DNA of 63,448 nt, filler included, from Reticulomyxa filosa (GCA_000512085.1; 12 parts of 12 records of this genome joined end to end with filler, not necessarily neighbours in it), one strand, 5' to 3'. Counted from the first letter of the whole stretch, positions 25,420 through 39,707 are shown. Notes: a model not told the origin generated them from the sequence alone. Numbers and translations are program-made.

Positions 25420-26051
25420 TTATTTATTATTTCACATTAAATACTAGTGAATTAATTTGTTCAGGATCAAGAGATAAAAAAATTTGTGTATGTGATTTAA
25501 ATAAAAACACACAATTGACAGCATTCAATGGACACACACATGATATTAGTTTTGTGAAATTTTCATCATACCATTATAATAACTACAATCGTACAGTTAT
25601 TTGTTCTGCGTCACAGGATAAAACAATTCGTTTTTGGGATATCAAAGATGATAAAGAATTTCAAGTATTCAAAGAAAGCAAATGGGGTATTAATTGCATT
25701 CAATTTTCACCATTTAATGGAGGTAGATATTTGTGTTCTGGATCACATGGCAAAATAATTGATTTATGGGATATGGAGACGTCTAAACTATTGAATAGCT
25801 TCAATGAACACACAAATAGTGTTCGAAGTGTGGAATTTTCATCATTACAAAGCGATAGCAATAATAATAGCAATAGTATTGGCGTGATTGGTGGTAGTGG
25901 ATATACAATTTGTTCTGGATCATCTGATAAAACTGTTCGTTTATGGGATGTTGAAACTATCAAACAAACGATTATTTTCAGAGAAGCACTTCTTTTTAAA
26001 GTTTGTACACCACACCACCCTGTCGAACTTGGGGTAGTGCTTGGACGTTAG
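25420..26051 (+). pseudogene. WD40-repeat gene fragment of the expanded IGVIGGxGYTICSGS family, breaks off at ~25985
   Basis: GH..WD repeats, GRYLCSGS and IGVIGGSGYTICSGSSDKTVRLWD. Similarity stops abruptly after IIFRE and is followed by unrelated sequence. Confidence 0.7.
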
Positions 26052-26605
26052 TTTTGCCAATAAGCCTGTCTTTTCTCATGTGGTAGCTTGTTGCTTTTGC
26101 CTGCAAATTTAAACATATTCTCCTTTTGCAATGAAAATGCTTCGTCAAGCACTTCTCAGCATTTAGTTTTGGTTTTACGCGAACTATAAAAGAAAAAAGG
26201 ATTAAAACTGGCAATCACTGATTGAATATTGTGGGCATTATTTGTGCTGGAATTGGCACAAGAGACAACGAAATTACGAAAAAACCACCAAAAGAGTACT
26301 GCTAAAATATTTAGATGTACTGTATAAACAATGCACATAATATGTTCAAATAAAATTTTGACACGACGCCTCGGTGGCTAGACGGAAAATCATTATTTAC
26401 ACCAATGGGTTAGGCACACATCTGTATGTTCACATCTATTGTCGGTATATTGTCGGTATATTGGGATGGTGCAAATGATGAATACTGCCTATTGACGATC
26501 GACACATCCGTGTCACATAATGAAAAAAATTATCTTTTTTGTTTGTTTAGATGCTCGGTTTGACTTGTCACTATTTTTCGATGTTCCATTCGATAATAGC
26601 GAATG

Positions 26606-26855
26606 TGTTGTGGGACGTCAGCTGGAAGAAGTTGTACTAAATGTAATACGAAAATGGTTTTGTTCAAGAAACCAATGTTCGATAAAACAAAAGTGAATTA
26701 AATAAAAGAAAGATGAATAACTCAACAAAAGAAGAAAACAAAACAAAAGAGTAAGTGAAGTTGGTTGAGGAGTTTTAGCACACTGGGGACTCCCAGGTTC
26801 CTTCAACGTTCAGATATTTATAGTAAGTTTCAGTAGAGTTCGGTCTGGACTTAGT
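26606..26855 (-). mobile_element. Divergent LTR-like element
   Basis: Starts TGTTGTGGG and shares an exact CTAAATGTAATACGAAAA and an AAAGTGAATTAAATAAAAGAAA core with the 8907 and 49164 LTRs. The right end is unclear (ACAACA at 27121-27126 is a candidate). Confidence 0.45.
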
Positions 26856-27326
26856 AATTATTTTTTTGCTTTTGTTTACAGGTTTTATTTTCTTTGTTAA
26901 ATTTCTTTGTTTTTGCTTGTGTTCTCCAAAAGGAGCAGTTTTCACACGCTTGAGATCTCCAAAGTGTCAAATAATTTTTAGCAAATATATAATTATTAAT
27001 TTTACTTTAAAATTATTAATATTTAAAATATTGTTTGGTATTAACTTTATATTCTTTCAAATTTGACCATCTGCTGATAAATATCATTCAAATCTTACTC
27101 TGTGATTTGAATATACGTTAACAACAATATAATTAGCTGCATTAGAAGACATTTACCTTTCATAAAAATTATAATATTGATAGGGGTGTAAGTTTTTAGC
27201 AAATTTTTTTAACTATTGTATTGTCTTTATTTTTTTTTGCGTACTGTACAACAAAGAGACTTTTTACAAAACACCTGCCAAGGAATTTTTTTTGTTGAAT
27301 TACTATCCGAGTTGAATACATCATAT

Positions 27327-28009
27327 ATGAGCAAAACTAACGTTTACCGACAACATAAGATAAGGGAAAGTCCCGAGGAAAAAATGGGAACAGCATTTAT
27401 TGATAAATTCCGCAAACATGGAACTCTTGGACTGATAGCACTAGGTTTTGTGGCTCTTATTGCCCGTACTACCCCATGGTTTCTGATTCTTGAACGTATT
27501 GTGTTTGCTGTTCCACGAGGCACTTCATCCAAAAGTTTTGTTCTTTACGGTGATCGTTAATTTCTAATCGCAACAATGCTCGGCTATGTGTATGATTGAT
27601 TTGTTTTTGTCCATGCACGATTCCCTCACACTGTAAAATGCTACCCCTTTGTTTTGTAGTCGATGCGTTTTCCGGTTTTTTAAAAAGCTTAAAACGCTTT
27701 CGCAAAGTAATCCGTTTACAACTCATACTTGCGTTAGTATATTGGTTCATTCGGCTGACATTGTGGTTCATTGTTAATATGTTTCATTTTATCATTTTAG
27801 TTGTAGTTTTTTCTTTTGATTATGCAAATATTTTGTTACAATCGATTTTCGCATTTTTTTCTGCTAATCAAATTGGAAGAATTAAACCCTTTAAAACATT
27901 CAAAACAATTGAGCCAACCGTACCAATTGAACCCACTGATCAATTGGATCAAGTAAACCAGTACAGCCAGCCAACTGATAAGTCAATAGAAGATATAGAG
28001 TGGACATAG
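27327..28009 (+). CDS. Hypothetical membrane protein (probably spliced)
   Basis: Two ORFs (27216-27560, 27596-28009) with hydrophobic segments and a PTD/DQ-rich tail. No recognisable family. Confidence 0.35.
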
Positions 28010-28506
28010 AAGCTATTATCAGTGGTGTGAAGTTGATAGTGAAATAATTAGGATTACTTTATTTTATTTTTTAATTCTTTCGTTCTTATTCATTTTTTTC
28101 ACAAGTTTCTAGTTGATCTCTTTTAAAATAAATAAACAAAAATACTGATTGATAACGACATAAGTTTTCATCAAATCATAATTTCTTTTCAAAAACATTT
28201 GTTCAATTTATGTTACTTGTGTTTAGCTTATGTTTTTCGTTTCTGTTGGTTAAGCGTCCTTTCTTTCCTTTTGCATAGTGTCTTACTAGTGGGTATATCA
28301 TTCATGTTCTTTGATAACTACATGACTGTTAGTTTATTATTATTTAGTAAAACTTTTTTTTAGAGTTTTTATCGAGGAAAAAAATGTTTACTCAAATGCA
28401 ATGATGTCACAATAATTATATTTGCTGATAATAAAACAAACGCTTTTGTGACGAAATCTAAAGGGTGTGGCTTTTTTAATTGCCAAAAACAAAACAAGGT
28501 TGCCAG

Positions 28507-31500
28507 ATGAGTTCTGACAACATTATCTTAGAGGAAGAATATGATCCAAATTACGAGCCAACAACAGAAGAAATTGAGGAATATGCAGAATTTCTTGGCA
28601 TAAATGCCAAGGATAATTTAGATAAGGTAAGAGCATTGAATATTTTCGTCAAATCAATGTTTTAAACACTAAATGCAATAAACAATTTGAAAAACATGTT
28701 AAAGCAACTATTGTGGCTCGCTCGTGAAGGTTTACGTTCTCCTTTGCCAAAGGAATGGAAACCCTGCAAGACAGCGGAAAACGAAATTTATTACTTCAAT
28801 TTTTCAACAGGAGAATCGCGCTGGGAACATCCTTGTGACGCCTTGTACAAAGAAAGATACTTGGTTGAGTTTGAAAATGAAAACTTTTTTTTTCTTATGA
28901 TAAACTCAGGTTGTGCCCTTCCGACTTAAACAGGTGGAAAAAGCAAAACTGAAGAATAAGGAATCTGCTCCAGTAAGCTCACTTGACACTCCAACTTTTC
29001 CAGCGTCTACCAATTTAAGCAATGATTCTCGAAATGATTGCCACAGTCTTACTTCCAAAGACGACAAACTGAATAAATTGAACGAATCTTTCCAAAATGA
29101 AGTATACACTTTGTTGATTTATTGTTTAAGCATTTTTAAAAACTTAGATTTTTTATTTAATCGATTCTATTGTCTTTTAAATTAACATAAAAGATTGACC
29201 GCTTGTTGAATTCTGGGAGATTGTCACGTTCGCTCAGTAGTTCATCACTGAATAGCGAACCCAATAAACAATCAGGTTTGTGGTGTAAGTTTTATTTTGG
29301 AGTAGTTACATTCCAACAGTGATACAGATCGACATTTTGATATTTTTGAACATCCTAGGAACAAGTCGGCAGTCCAAAGGTGCAAATGAGAGTCAGTCAA
29401 ATCAGCACCAAAGTAGTGGGCGTAATTTGGTGTCAGGAAGAGAAACCATGCACAAAAATAGTCAAATAATTCGAAAACCAGAGACAAAAAACAGCAATAG
29501 TAACATTGCTGAAGTGCTAGAAAAATCTTTGGAGGAGGTCTTGCACAGTACTAATCGGGTTGAAGTCGATGGACAAAATGTGCAAAAAAATATGGACGAG
29601 GAAAGTGACACTACAGTTGTCAAGATTACACACGAAACAAAAATTATTAAAAAGTTTACAAAAAGCTCCCTTCTTGCACTATTTCTAGAATTTACTCTTG
29701 TAAAACAAAATGACATACTACAAAAGAACAAAGAGTCTGAATGAAATACCAGCAGCTTCAAGAATCATAAGTTGTAATAGTTTGGACGAAGAACTGGAGA
29801 AAAACACGAAGGTACTGGGGTGACGTTATTGACATTTTTTTTTATTTGCATTCTTCTTTCAAAAACTGTTGGAGATATATTTTTTAAACATTGATTCGAT
29901 AGAGCGCTCTGGAAAAGACACAAGAACAATTTGAGGAAGTTTGCGAAAAACAAAAGTTGACCCTTGGAAAAAAAAACTTTACGCACTGTCATTTTTTTTA
30001 TATAATTACAATAAAAATAAATAAATAAAATAACATTTTTTTGTTTTATTCACATTAACTGCAGTTTATTTTAATTTTAATTATATTTGCTTTGTGAAAT
30101 ATAGACAATTTCATCAGAATGAACTAACTGAATTAATAGCACAGCAAAACTTGGAAAAGCAACAGATTTTGGAAAGTCATGAAATAAAAGTTAAACCAGA
30201 TTACTTATTCTTGTCTTTTTTTTAGGCATTTTTAATTTATTATTTGTATTTTGGTTATTCAGATCAAAGCAACTCAAACAAATTGTGAGAATGAAATTTC
30301 GTCGCTACTGAAACGGCATAAAGAAGAGCTGGACCAGATTGCACATACTCATGTGCAAAATGAAGCTCGATTGAAGCAACAGCATGAAGAAAATATCAAA
30401 AATCAAACACAGGCACATGAAAAGGATTTCAAGGAGTTACAAGCCTCACAAAATCACGAGGTTCACAACATTAATATATTTGTCTATTTTCATTTTTGTT
30501 ATCTTAAGCGCAAATGGATCTTGTGTTTCAGTTGGAAGAACTAAAGCGAATTCACAAAGAAAATAAATTGGAATTTGTGCGAAGTGCGGAATACATCCAT
30601 TTAAAGGAAGAACTTGCACTTTTAAAAAAAAATATTGAAAAGGATTCTAGCCAAGAACTACAAGAATGGAAGCAGCAAATTGAAGATGAAATAGAAAAAA
30701 AAAAATTGAAACTAAACAAACAGTTTGAGGATGACTGCCAACATTATGAAGAAGAGTACAAAAATAAAGTTATGTCGGAGGAAAATTAGTTTTTTTTGTT
30801 GTTTCCTTTTTTTTTTACGGCTCAGTTGCAACCAACAAATCTTTCAGGAGAAAGAAATAGAAGAAAAATGGCAAAAAACGCTTGAAGAGGTAAAAAAAAG
30901 TCACGAAAAAGAAGTTAAAAATTTAAATGAACAAAACCAGCAGCTTTTATGTGTAATTCAAAGTTATGTTTTTATTTCTAATCCATGTTATAACTTATCA
31001 TAAAAAAAAATTGATAAAATATTTTACTTTGTATAATTTTGATTATATCGGCTCTGTTTTTCACAGACGAGTTCGAAAAACAAAAAATAATGTTAAGTTC
31101 TGAACATACGAAAGAAATACAACGAAGAAAAGACGGCAATGAAAGAGCGCTTATCACATTTCAAAAAGAAATGGAAGCTCTAGAGCAAAAATCAAAACAA
31201 GAAATCGAAGAACAAACCAGAAAAAATTTGCAAGATTTTTCTCAAACTATGCAATATCAATGCAACACAGAAAGTTACAACGAGGGAAAAAAATGGAGGG
31301 AGTGGGACATTATTCTCATTTATGTTTGGATAGTCCCAAAAAAAAACGAAATCGTTGCATATGTTGGTTTATTCATTTGATAGAGCAACACATAACTGAA
31401 TTAAAGATGGAAAATAAATTATTGAAAGAGCAAATACAAATACTCCAAAAACAATTGCAGGTGTGCTACATGCATATAATTAAAACACTAATCATTAAAA

Positions 31501-33098
31501 ATGTGAGATGAACAAATTGTAACATAGAATTGTATGAACGAAACAACGCAACTACCTAACACAAAAGACAATTTCATAAACAGTCAAGTGAGGGTTAGTG
31601 TTAGTGAAGCAAATGGCAGTAACAATGATGAAGAAAGCGGATACATTGCAACTTTGTCACACAGCCTCTCTCCACAAAACGAACCGGAAAATGAGAGCAA
31701 GGCCGAAATGACACCAACTTCGACCATTGTGACAGACATTGACAGTGTGAATGAATTCAATTATATCGAGATTACGGATGATAACGGTCAGTAACAACTA
31801 GATTTTTTTTTTTGCTCTTAAAAAAACTGAAACTTAAATGTCTTAAAAAAAAAGAATTTCCAAAGATTTGAATCAATGGAGCGAGTATTTGAACGCAGAA
31901 AGGCAAGCAATAACGTGTACACACAATAAATTGCACAATAAGAAAAAAGCATTAAGAGAAAGACAAGGAAAGTTGCACATGCTGCAACACCAATGGAGAT
32001 TAGATCGTGACAAGCTAATTACAACAAAGTCTCATTTGGCCAAAAATGAAGAAAATTGTAAAGATAGACAAAAATATGAGTCAAATAAAATCAAATTGAA
32101 ACAACGGAAGTTGCAACTTGACAAAAGTGTAACCAAACTAAATGAGGATATATCTGAGCTAAAAGATCTAACACAAATGGTCGAAAAAAAACAAAAACGT
32201 TTGCAAAAATTGGAAATTGAATGGATCCGATTACAAGGTAAAATCAATTTAACTCGGAATGAAACCAAAGAAAACCAGTCTGATTCAAGGGATTTCAAGA
32301 ATGATAAGTTACAAATGTTTTCTTTTGTTATACAACATTCATATGTTTTGCTTTTCAAATTTATTTCTATCAAATATAAAAAATAATTGTGAAATATATA
32401 ATTTCATAAGAGAGCACTTGAACTACATTGCAAAAAGTGATTCTGCACCGCGTCTTGCTTCAGTGCATTCGCAGATGCCAATGTGTCACACTGCTCCAGT
32501 GTTAAACATTCCAACAATATCACCTGCTTATCAAACACTCCCAAGTGAAATTTTTGCATCAATGCAGTCAAACCAAACACAAGGATTGCATTCTAAGGTA
32601 ATGGAAATGTTTTTCTTATCACAAAAAAAATATTTGTTTTGGCCCTTTTATTGTTGTGTTTCCAACACCACTTAAAAATGAAAATGATAGCAACATAACC
32701 CAGTCTTAGATTCGATGGTATCCAAATTAACCATAAGCCAGGCCAAAGCAGAAAAAGTTTTGTTCAACCATCAGTCGTGGCTGAAGAAATTTCAAAGAGA
32801 ATTATCATCAGGTTTTTTTGTTTGTTGCATAGCTTGCGAGATATTTAAACACTGTTTGATTGAACAAAATATAGCTAGTACATTATTACGTCCTAATTGT
32901 GGGTCTGGCTCTGCTGGGTGGCTTGGCAATAGTACTAACAATCAAGTGGATCATATTCACGACAATATATTAATGGCAAATTCAGAAGAATGCAAAGATT
33001 ATAAACACAAGACAGCAGATAATTGCAAAGATAACTTCCATGCAAACATTAACGGAAAGAATAGTGAGGTAATTATTCGCCTTAAAATTGAGAAATAG
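28507..33098 (+). CDS. CEP164: CEP164-like centriolar distal-appendage protein (WW domain plus coiled coil), multi-exon
   Basis: ILEEEYDPNYEPTTEEIEEYAEFLGI..LLWLAREGLRSPLPKEWKPCKT..EIYYFNFSTGESRWEHPCD is the conserved CEP164 N-terminus. It is followed by E/K/Q-rich coiled-coil exons separated by short GT-AG introns. Confidence 0.85.
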
Positions 33099-33423
33099 AT
33101 TTCAAATAAGAAGTTTGGACCAAAAAGCATAACAATTGAAACATAGTTTTTCTATTATTCGATATTGTAATTTTATTTTCTTTTAGTGTGTTCATTTGAC
33201 TTTTACGAATTAACATGAAAATAAATTTATCCTATTTATTCAAGTTTTCCATAAGCATTATTTGACCGAAATGATTTGTAAATCTGCACAAGCTAAATAG
33301 TGATGTTTTTCAATTGTTGATTTACAGTTATTTGAAAAAAAATAACACACATTATACACTTTATAAATATTTTCAATGTTTCTTATGATTAATGATCTTA
33401 ACGTATTTATTATTTTTCAATTT

Positions 33424-33583
33424 TTAAAGTTAAAACAAAAAAATATGTTTGTCTAAAAACAAATTTAAAAAATAAATAAATAACAAAATAGTTTTTAAAA
33501 AATTAGGATTAAACGTTTGTGTTTCATGTAGAAAATCGATTATCTTTATAAAGTAGTTAATATGTGACATTTTTTTTTGCAAA
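33424..33583 (+). repeat. Dispersed ~160-bp AT-rich repeat; other copies at ~53616-53770 and a partial copy at ~52607-52672
   Basis: Shared blocks TAAAAACAAATTTAAA, TTTAAAAAATTAGGAT, TTTCATGKAGAAAAT, ATTATCTT.ATAAAGTAG and TAATATGTG. Confidence 0.65.
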
Positions 33584-34575
33584 CTACATTTTATATTATG
33601 CAGTAAAATGCAAAATAAAGTCGACAGTTCGATATTTGTGTTTCTTAATCATTTTTATTTTTTAAAAAAAGAATTGCTAATTTAGCACTTTCTGAAAATG
33701 CTTAAAAAAAATTGGCAAATTTCATTGTTACGACAAAGTCACGATGTCAACTTTTTCTTGAAAATTTCAAAAATCAATAAAATATTCAAATTTTTTAAAC
33801 AATTAGTAAAGATGTAATAAAAAACCAAAATAATATTTAAAAACTACACTATTTGTAGACATTTTTTTAAAAATTAAGCCTGAAAATCAATCATCTCTAT
33901 AATGTGCAGTTTTATGTGTCAGCTTTATTTTTCATTGTACTGTATTTAGTACATATGTAGATATATAATAAAAAGTTAATCATACAATCAATTTCACTAT
34001 ATTTGTGGATTTGATAATCAAAATGTAAGCTATTGCGTTATTTTTTTAATTAATTAACTGTTACTGAGATCATTGATTTGTTTCTCCGAAGCTTCTAGAA
34101 AAAGACTATTGTTGTCAACAATACACAAATACTGCTTTTACATAAATTTTTGTGCTTATTTGCTGATTCATTCGAAAGAATTTGTCAATCATTAGGAATA
34201 CATAGCGTATCTTACTTCGTCAACATAGTACATTTGCAATATTAATCAGAAAATAAAGCTGAGCGAAAATTATGTATATTGTCTTTCAGTCGAAAAACGT
34301 AAACTTTTTGGAATCTTCAATGGAATAAGATAAGTTTAACAAAAATCTTTCATAACAGAAAAAACGCTGACAGTGAAAATCGGAATGGTGTAATAGTTTT
34401 AAATCTAGATTTGTAAGACGAACGCTCTAAAAGACAAAAAGTAACAATAAAGAATTCTAACTATACTGCGTGTTGGACGAACTGTGTTAAAAATATCAGC
34501 ATCTTCAGTTAAATGAAAAAAAATAGTTGTCAAACGTTTTTTGAACTTCAAAAAATTTGCAATCATCAAGAAGGC

Positions 34576-35878
34576 ATGGCCGGACGTTATCAAAAAATCG
34601 AAAAATTAGGTGAGGGAACGTGTGGAAATACTTTTAAAGCGAGAGACAAAGAGAATGGAAGTATGGTTGCGTTGAAAAGATTTCGTACAGAGGAAGAGGA
34701 AGGGGTCCCATCGACAGCAATTCATGAAATTTCATTACTCAAGGAATTGCAACATGACAACATCATTAAGTAGAATTTTTTTTTTAATTAGATGTGTTTT
34801 TTTTTTTTGTCCAAAATATATACACGAAAACAAAATCTCAACTCTTACTTAAAAGGTTGCTCAATGTTTTCATGGGTAAGAGCAAGTTGATGGTCATTTA
34901 CGAGCTGCTTGATCAAAATTTGAATTGGTACATGGACTCACACAATAACAAGGGCTTGAGTATTGCGCAGTGCAAGGTCAGTTAAAATGTAAACATAAAG
35001 TATAGAAGAGTTGTCAGACATATCAGATTGGCAAGAAGAGAGAGACAAAGGGGACGAAGAGAGGAGAGGGAAATATATTAACGTCCATTAGTGCAAGCTG
35101 TTGAAGTACATTGTTTGTTTGAACGTGTATTGGCTAAAGTCATTTCTATATCAATTATGCGACGGTGTTCAGTACTGCCATGGAAAAAATATCTTTCACA
35201 GAGACTTGAAACCACAAAATTTACGCATTTCAAAAGTGTGTACGTATATACATTTATTTAAATATGTACATATATATGATTTTTTTTTTTTTTTTTTGTT
35301 AAAATTTCGGAAAGGAGGGAAAATTGAAAATATGTAAATTTACCTCGGCAAGGATCCTTGGTGTGCCAGTGCAAAACTTGGAGAAACAAATGATGACATT
35401 ATGGTACAGAGCACCCGATGTGCTGGCGGGCTCCAAACATTATGACCTGAGCGCCGATATGTGGTCCGTGGGATGCATTTTTGCTGAGATGCTAATTGGG
35501 AAAGCATTGTTCCCTGGCATCTCGGAAAAAAATCAGCTGATTCGAATATTCCAACTCCTGGGCACACCCAAGGCTGAAAGTTGGTTCGATATGGACAATC
35601 AACTCCAGCAGGCTGGGGTTACGTATTTTATGTTTGACGCGAGGGAAAAAAAAATGTGACAAATAAATAAATAATTAAATGAATAGATTGACGTTCCAAA
35701 GTTTGAGGCACAAGCTTTGGAAAAGAAGTTTCCAATGTTAGATAAAAACGGTATAAACCTTTTACAGGCGTGTCTCGAGTATAACCCAAAACAAAGAATC
35801 TCTGCAAAAGAAGTGATGAATCACCCTTTCTTGAAAAAATCAGAGGAAGATTTGGTGAAAGAAAAACCAACTTTATGA
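34576..35878 (+). CDS. Cyclin-dependent kinase-like protein with degenerate DFG (probable pseudokinase), 5 exons
   Basis: [76 protein letters not shown] and [17 protein letters not shown]. Four GT-AG introns join in frame. Confidence 0.88.
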
Positions 35879-38278
35879 GTCACGCTGAAATTTGTTTAAT
35901 TGTTTTGAAATATAAGATCATTAAATCACTTAAAAAATATTATTATTAATTGTAATAACTTTTCTCACAGGAAAGTTGACATATTTGTTTGTTTTTCGCT
36001 AGTCTTTTGTGTTATAGTGTTTTAGTTTTACTCTTTCAAGCTCTGAAGAATATTATTACATATTGTGAAAGGTGTTCTGCTAATGTGCCAACTCCATTTT
36101 TAAAAAGTTGTAGTCTTCAGAAAAAAAAGTTAACATAGCAAACAATTTCTATTGGCCACCAAAGAAACGGCCTTCAACCATAAAATTATTTGATATGTTC
36201 GTTTAGTTATTAGATTCAATACAATGTTTAAATTTAAAATAAATCTTTAATTGTTATTCGATTGCTGATATTTAACACAAATGACAATTGATACATACTT
36301 TATAAATATATAGCCACATTAATAATCATTTCGAACTTTCAAAAGTTTCTTTTGAAGAAGATTTGTGTCAAGTTAGTTGCAAACTTCGACATCTGTCGAG
36401 ATTTGGAGTTCATTTTGAAAAGTCAGCATAAGCATTTCGAAATTTCTTGAAGAATTTTTCAGAAATTATTGAAGCAATTATCACAATAAATAGAAAATAC
36501 AATAAGTAACTCAAGTTGAAAAAGTAGGCAAAATATATTTTAAAACAATTATATTATGTTATTTTATTGTTTGAATAATATTGAAAATAGTATTTAACTA
36601 AAATTATCAATATATTTGCTAACATAGTTATGTGAAATATATTTGCTATTACAATATTTTACAAAAAAAACCGTACAAAAAAAAATAGCTTTTTTAGTAT
36701 TTGACTTGTATATCTTTATTTTTACTTTAGACTTTTCAATAATGTTGATATCATAGAACAAATCACACGATATCTTTCATATATGTTGTACTATCTTATA
36801 TCTTATACATACATTTTTTTAGCTAGCTTTTACAGTATGCATTCTTTTTGTAACAAAATTTTTTTTATTATATATCTGTCAAGATTTAAATAAAAAATAA
36901 TCAATTTAACAAACGTTTACACTTGTGTTTAAAAGAACCTTTTATGTTTAATTTACCAATTGGTGGTATCGCACTTTGCCTTTATTATATCATGAATACA
37001 CTTATGCATTGAAACAATAAGACTATCACACAAATTACCTTCAGTCAAGTACAATTGCTTGCTAAACTCATCAAAAAGTTACTCTTTCTGGAAAATTGTC
37101 CATTTTTGTAAGTACTGCACTTGGTAATCCACCAAATGTTTTAAATTGTATTTAGATCTTGTTTTGCCACTTTTCGCATAGATTTTCCATACAAAAGCAT
37201 TTGCAAATATCTTTCATTTGTAAACTAATCGGATTGTTTCCACATAATGCTTTTACTTTCTTCTGTGTTTATTGTACGTTAAATACTTTAATATTAGCTA
37301 GTATAATTAATTTTAAACTTTTTTTGTTTAGTAAGATAGTGTTTTTTTAACATTGAATTTTTCAAACCCCTGATGAAAATGAATGATGCAAAATTTTTCA
37401 AATAAATGCAAGAGATAAGATATTGCAATATAGAGGAAATATAGTCTGTGATTTATTCTATGTATCACAACATTATTTTTACTTTTGCTCTTTTCAATAA
37501 AGATATACAAGTCAAATACTAAAAAAGCCCTTTTTTTTTATTGTATGTTTTTTTGCAAACTACTGTATAATATTATACTTCATTTTCGATAAACTGTTTA
37601 CATGTCACAATTAACTATAATAAATACTTTCAGAAAATATGTAAATGATAAATATCAACAGCAAATAAATATATTAAATGTTATATTTTCGATCATAATA
37701 CAAGCATAAAGAAGTATATGAAAGTATTTACTACATTAATGCAGAACTTGTGATTGAATGTCACTATATCAAGCAATTATCTATATTTGAAATCACAATA
37801 TGTTATATAAATTCATTACAATTAAGTATAGTAATCTAAACAATAAAAAGGGAAGTGAAGTTACGTAATTTCTTGCAAGCAATAATTATCGATAAACAAT
37901 TGAAAATTAACTAAAATTAGATGTTGAAAGAATTTCAAAGATTAAAAGAAAACAAATATATAAGATGGTTCTCTTTCTTTATGAAAAGAATTTAATTAGT
38001 GATACAAACTATCCAAAATGCATTAACTCAGCTACAGAAACGTGATTCTTTCAAAAGATAAAGTCAGCAAAAACAAGACAAAAAAAACACATTATACATT
38101 TTTTGTTGTATTTGTGTGAGTTAATATTTTTGTTACGTTTCTTTATTTTGTACGCTATGTTATTTTGGGCCCTCAGTTTGCAAATTTATTCTGCGCCTCG
38201 CATCTTTAAAAAATACAAACGAAGTTTTAGTTTTCGCCGCTGTGTTAAGCAAGCAAAAAAAAGGTGTAATTCAAAAAG

Positions 38279-39088
38279 ATGGTCAACATTTCGAATATAA
38301 CGACCAAAATCGCAAAGAGTTTTTCTTTTGGTCATTTGACTTTGCCACCCTCTCAAATATTTGCAGCAAGCAACTTATCATTTGCAACAGTAAACATAAG
38401 ACCAATAGTTCCTGGTTAGGTGTGGAAACATTCCGTTGCATCTAAGCACTTTCAAACTTGGCCGTCACTAAACAAACAAACGAATGAAAAATAAAACAAA
38501 AGGGCATGTGCTTGTCATCAGCCAACGGAAAGTTGAAAGGCTGAAAGAATTGACACCTGACGAACTTGGTGATCTGTGGTATTTGGCACAGCAAGTATCA
38601 ATTATTTTGGAACGGCAATACGCTGCGTCATCGATGACATTTGCAATTCAGGACGGCATGTATGCTGGGCAAACAATCAAACACATGCATGTTCATGTTT
38701 TGCCGAGGAAAACTGGTGATTTTTCGGAGAACGATCAAATTTATAGTCGGGTATGTTCCAATGAGAGGGTTTTTTTTTTTGGTAAAAAAAAGTGATTATT
38801 GAAAATAATTTTAAAAAGTTCTGAGGGGTCCATTGTGCTTCACTTGCTTAGCTCACATAAATAAGGGCAAGGAAAAAAAATTTTTGTTCCCTCTCCCCTT
38901 CTCCTCATCCTTCTCTCTTCAAATTTATGGTGTTAAAAAATTGTGAATAGCTGGAAAGTGACAGCAAATTCGCAAGAAATCTCGACCTAGATGCCAAAAC
39001 ACGAAAAATACAATCTACTGAAGATATCACGAATGAAGCTCACTTGTACAGAGAAATGATGAGTAAGCATTTGGAGTCACAGAATTAA
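38279..39088 (+). CDS. FHIT: Fragile histidine triad diadenosine triphosphate hydrolase, 3 exons
   Basis: FSFGH..IF..LSFATVNIRPIVPGHVLVI and AIQDGMYAGQTIKHMHVHVLPRKTGDF (HxHxH triad). Introns at 38415-38502 and 38751-38950. Confidence 0.9.
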
Positions 39089-39707
39089 TGAAACAATAAA
39101 ATGACTTTAAAAAAAATTGCATTTTTTTTTTTGGATGAAAATATCTTGCCTTTTTTTTTAAATATGTTATTTTGCAAAATACTACACTCAAAATTCGACC
39201 ATTTTGAACAGCTGGCTCTACCATTTCTGGCCGAGTTAAGACTGTTCTCAAATCGCCTTTAAAAAAGATCATTTATTGCTATCATATTTAAAACTTCATT
39301 TGTTTTTTACAAAATTTTGTAAACAGTATGTTTGATTTCTTTAACATTTAAACACATTTTCCATATTTTTGTTTTGTTTTTTGAGGGTGTCATTTTTTTG
39401 TCCATTCTACACCAAATTTACTTTTAATTCTTCACGCGATGCTTTAAAATTACTTTCAATTTCTGTTTTTGTATGATCTAAACGTTGCTGAGTTGAGGAA
39501 GCGAGAGAAAAGTAACAAATTTAAAGTGGGAGCATCGTTTAAGAAGTATAAATGAAAAAAACGCCTCATTTAACTAAACCTCGTTGCTGGTCTAAGTTCA
39601 AAACTAATGTATAATTGAAATTCTTCATCAGTACACTAGAAGCTTTAGTTTTGTTACTTTTAAAAAGGGTTAGAAAAAAATTGAATTTACAAAAATTATC
39701 TGGGGTC

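Noticed and set aside
26438-26463. 11-nt direct tandem duplication (TATTGTCGGTA x2)
   Set aside because: An isolated slippage duplication with no element between the copies.
38242-38445. Apparent frameshift in FHIT exon 1
   Set aside because: The FHIT frame is open from ATG 38279; the listed ORF is a different frame.
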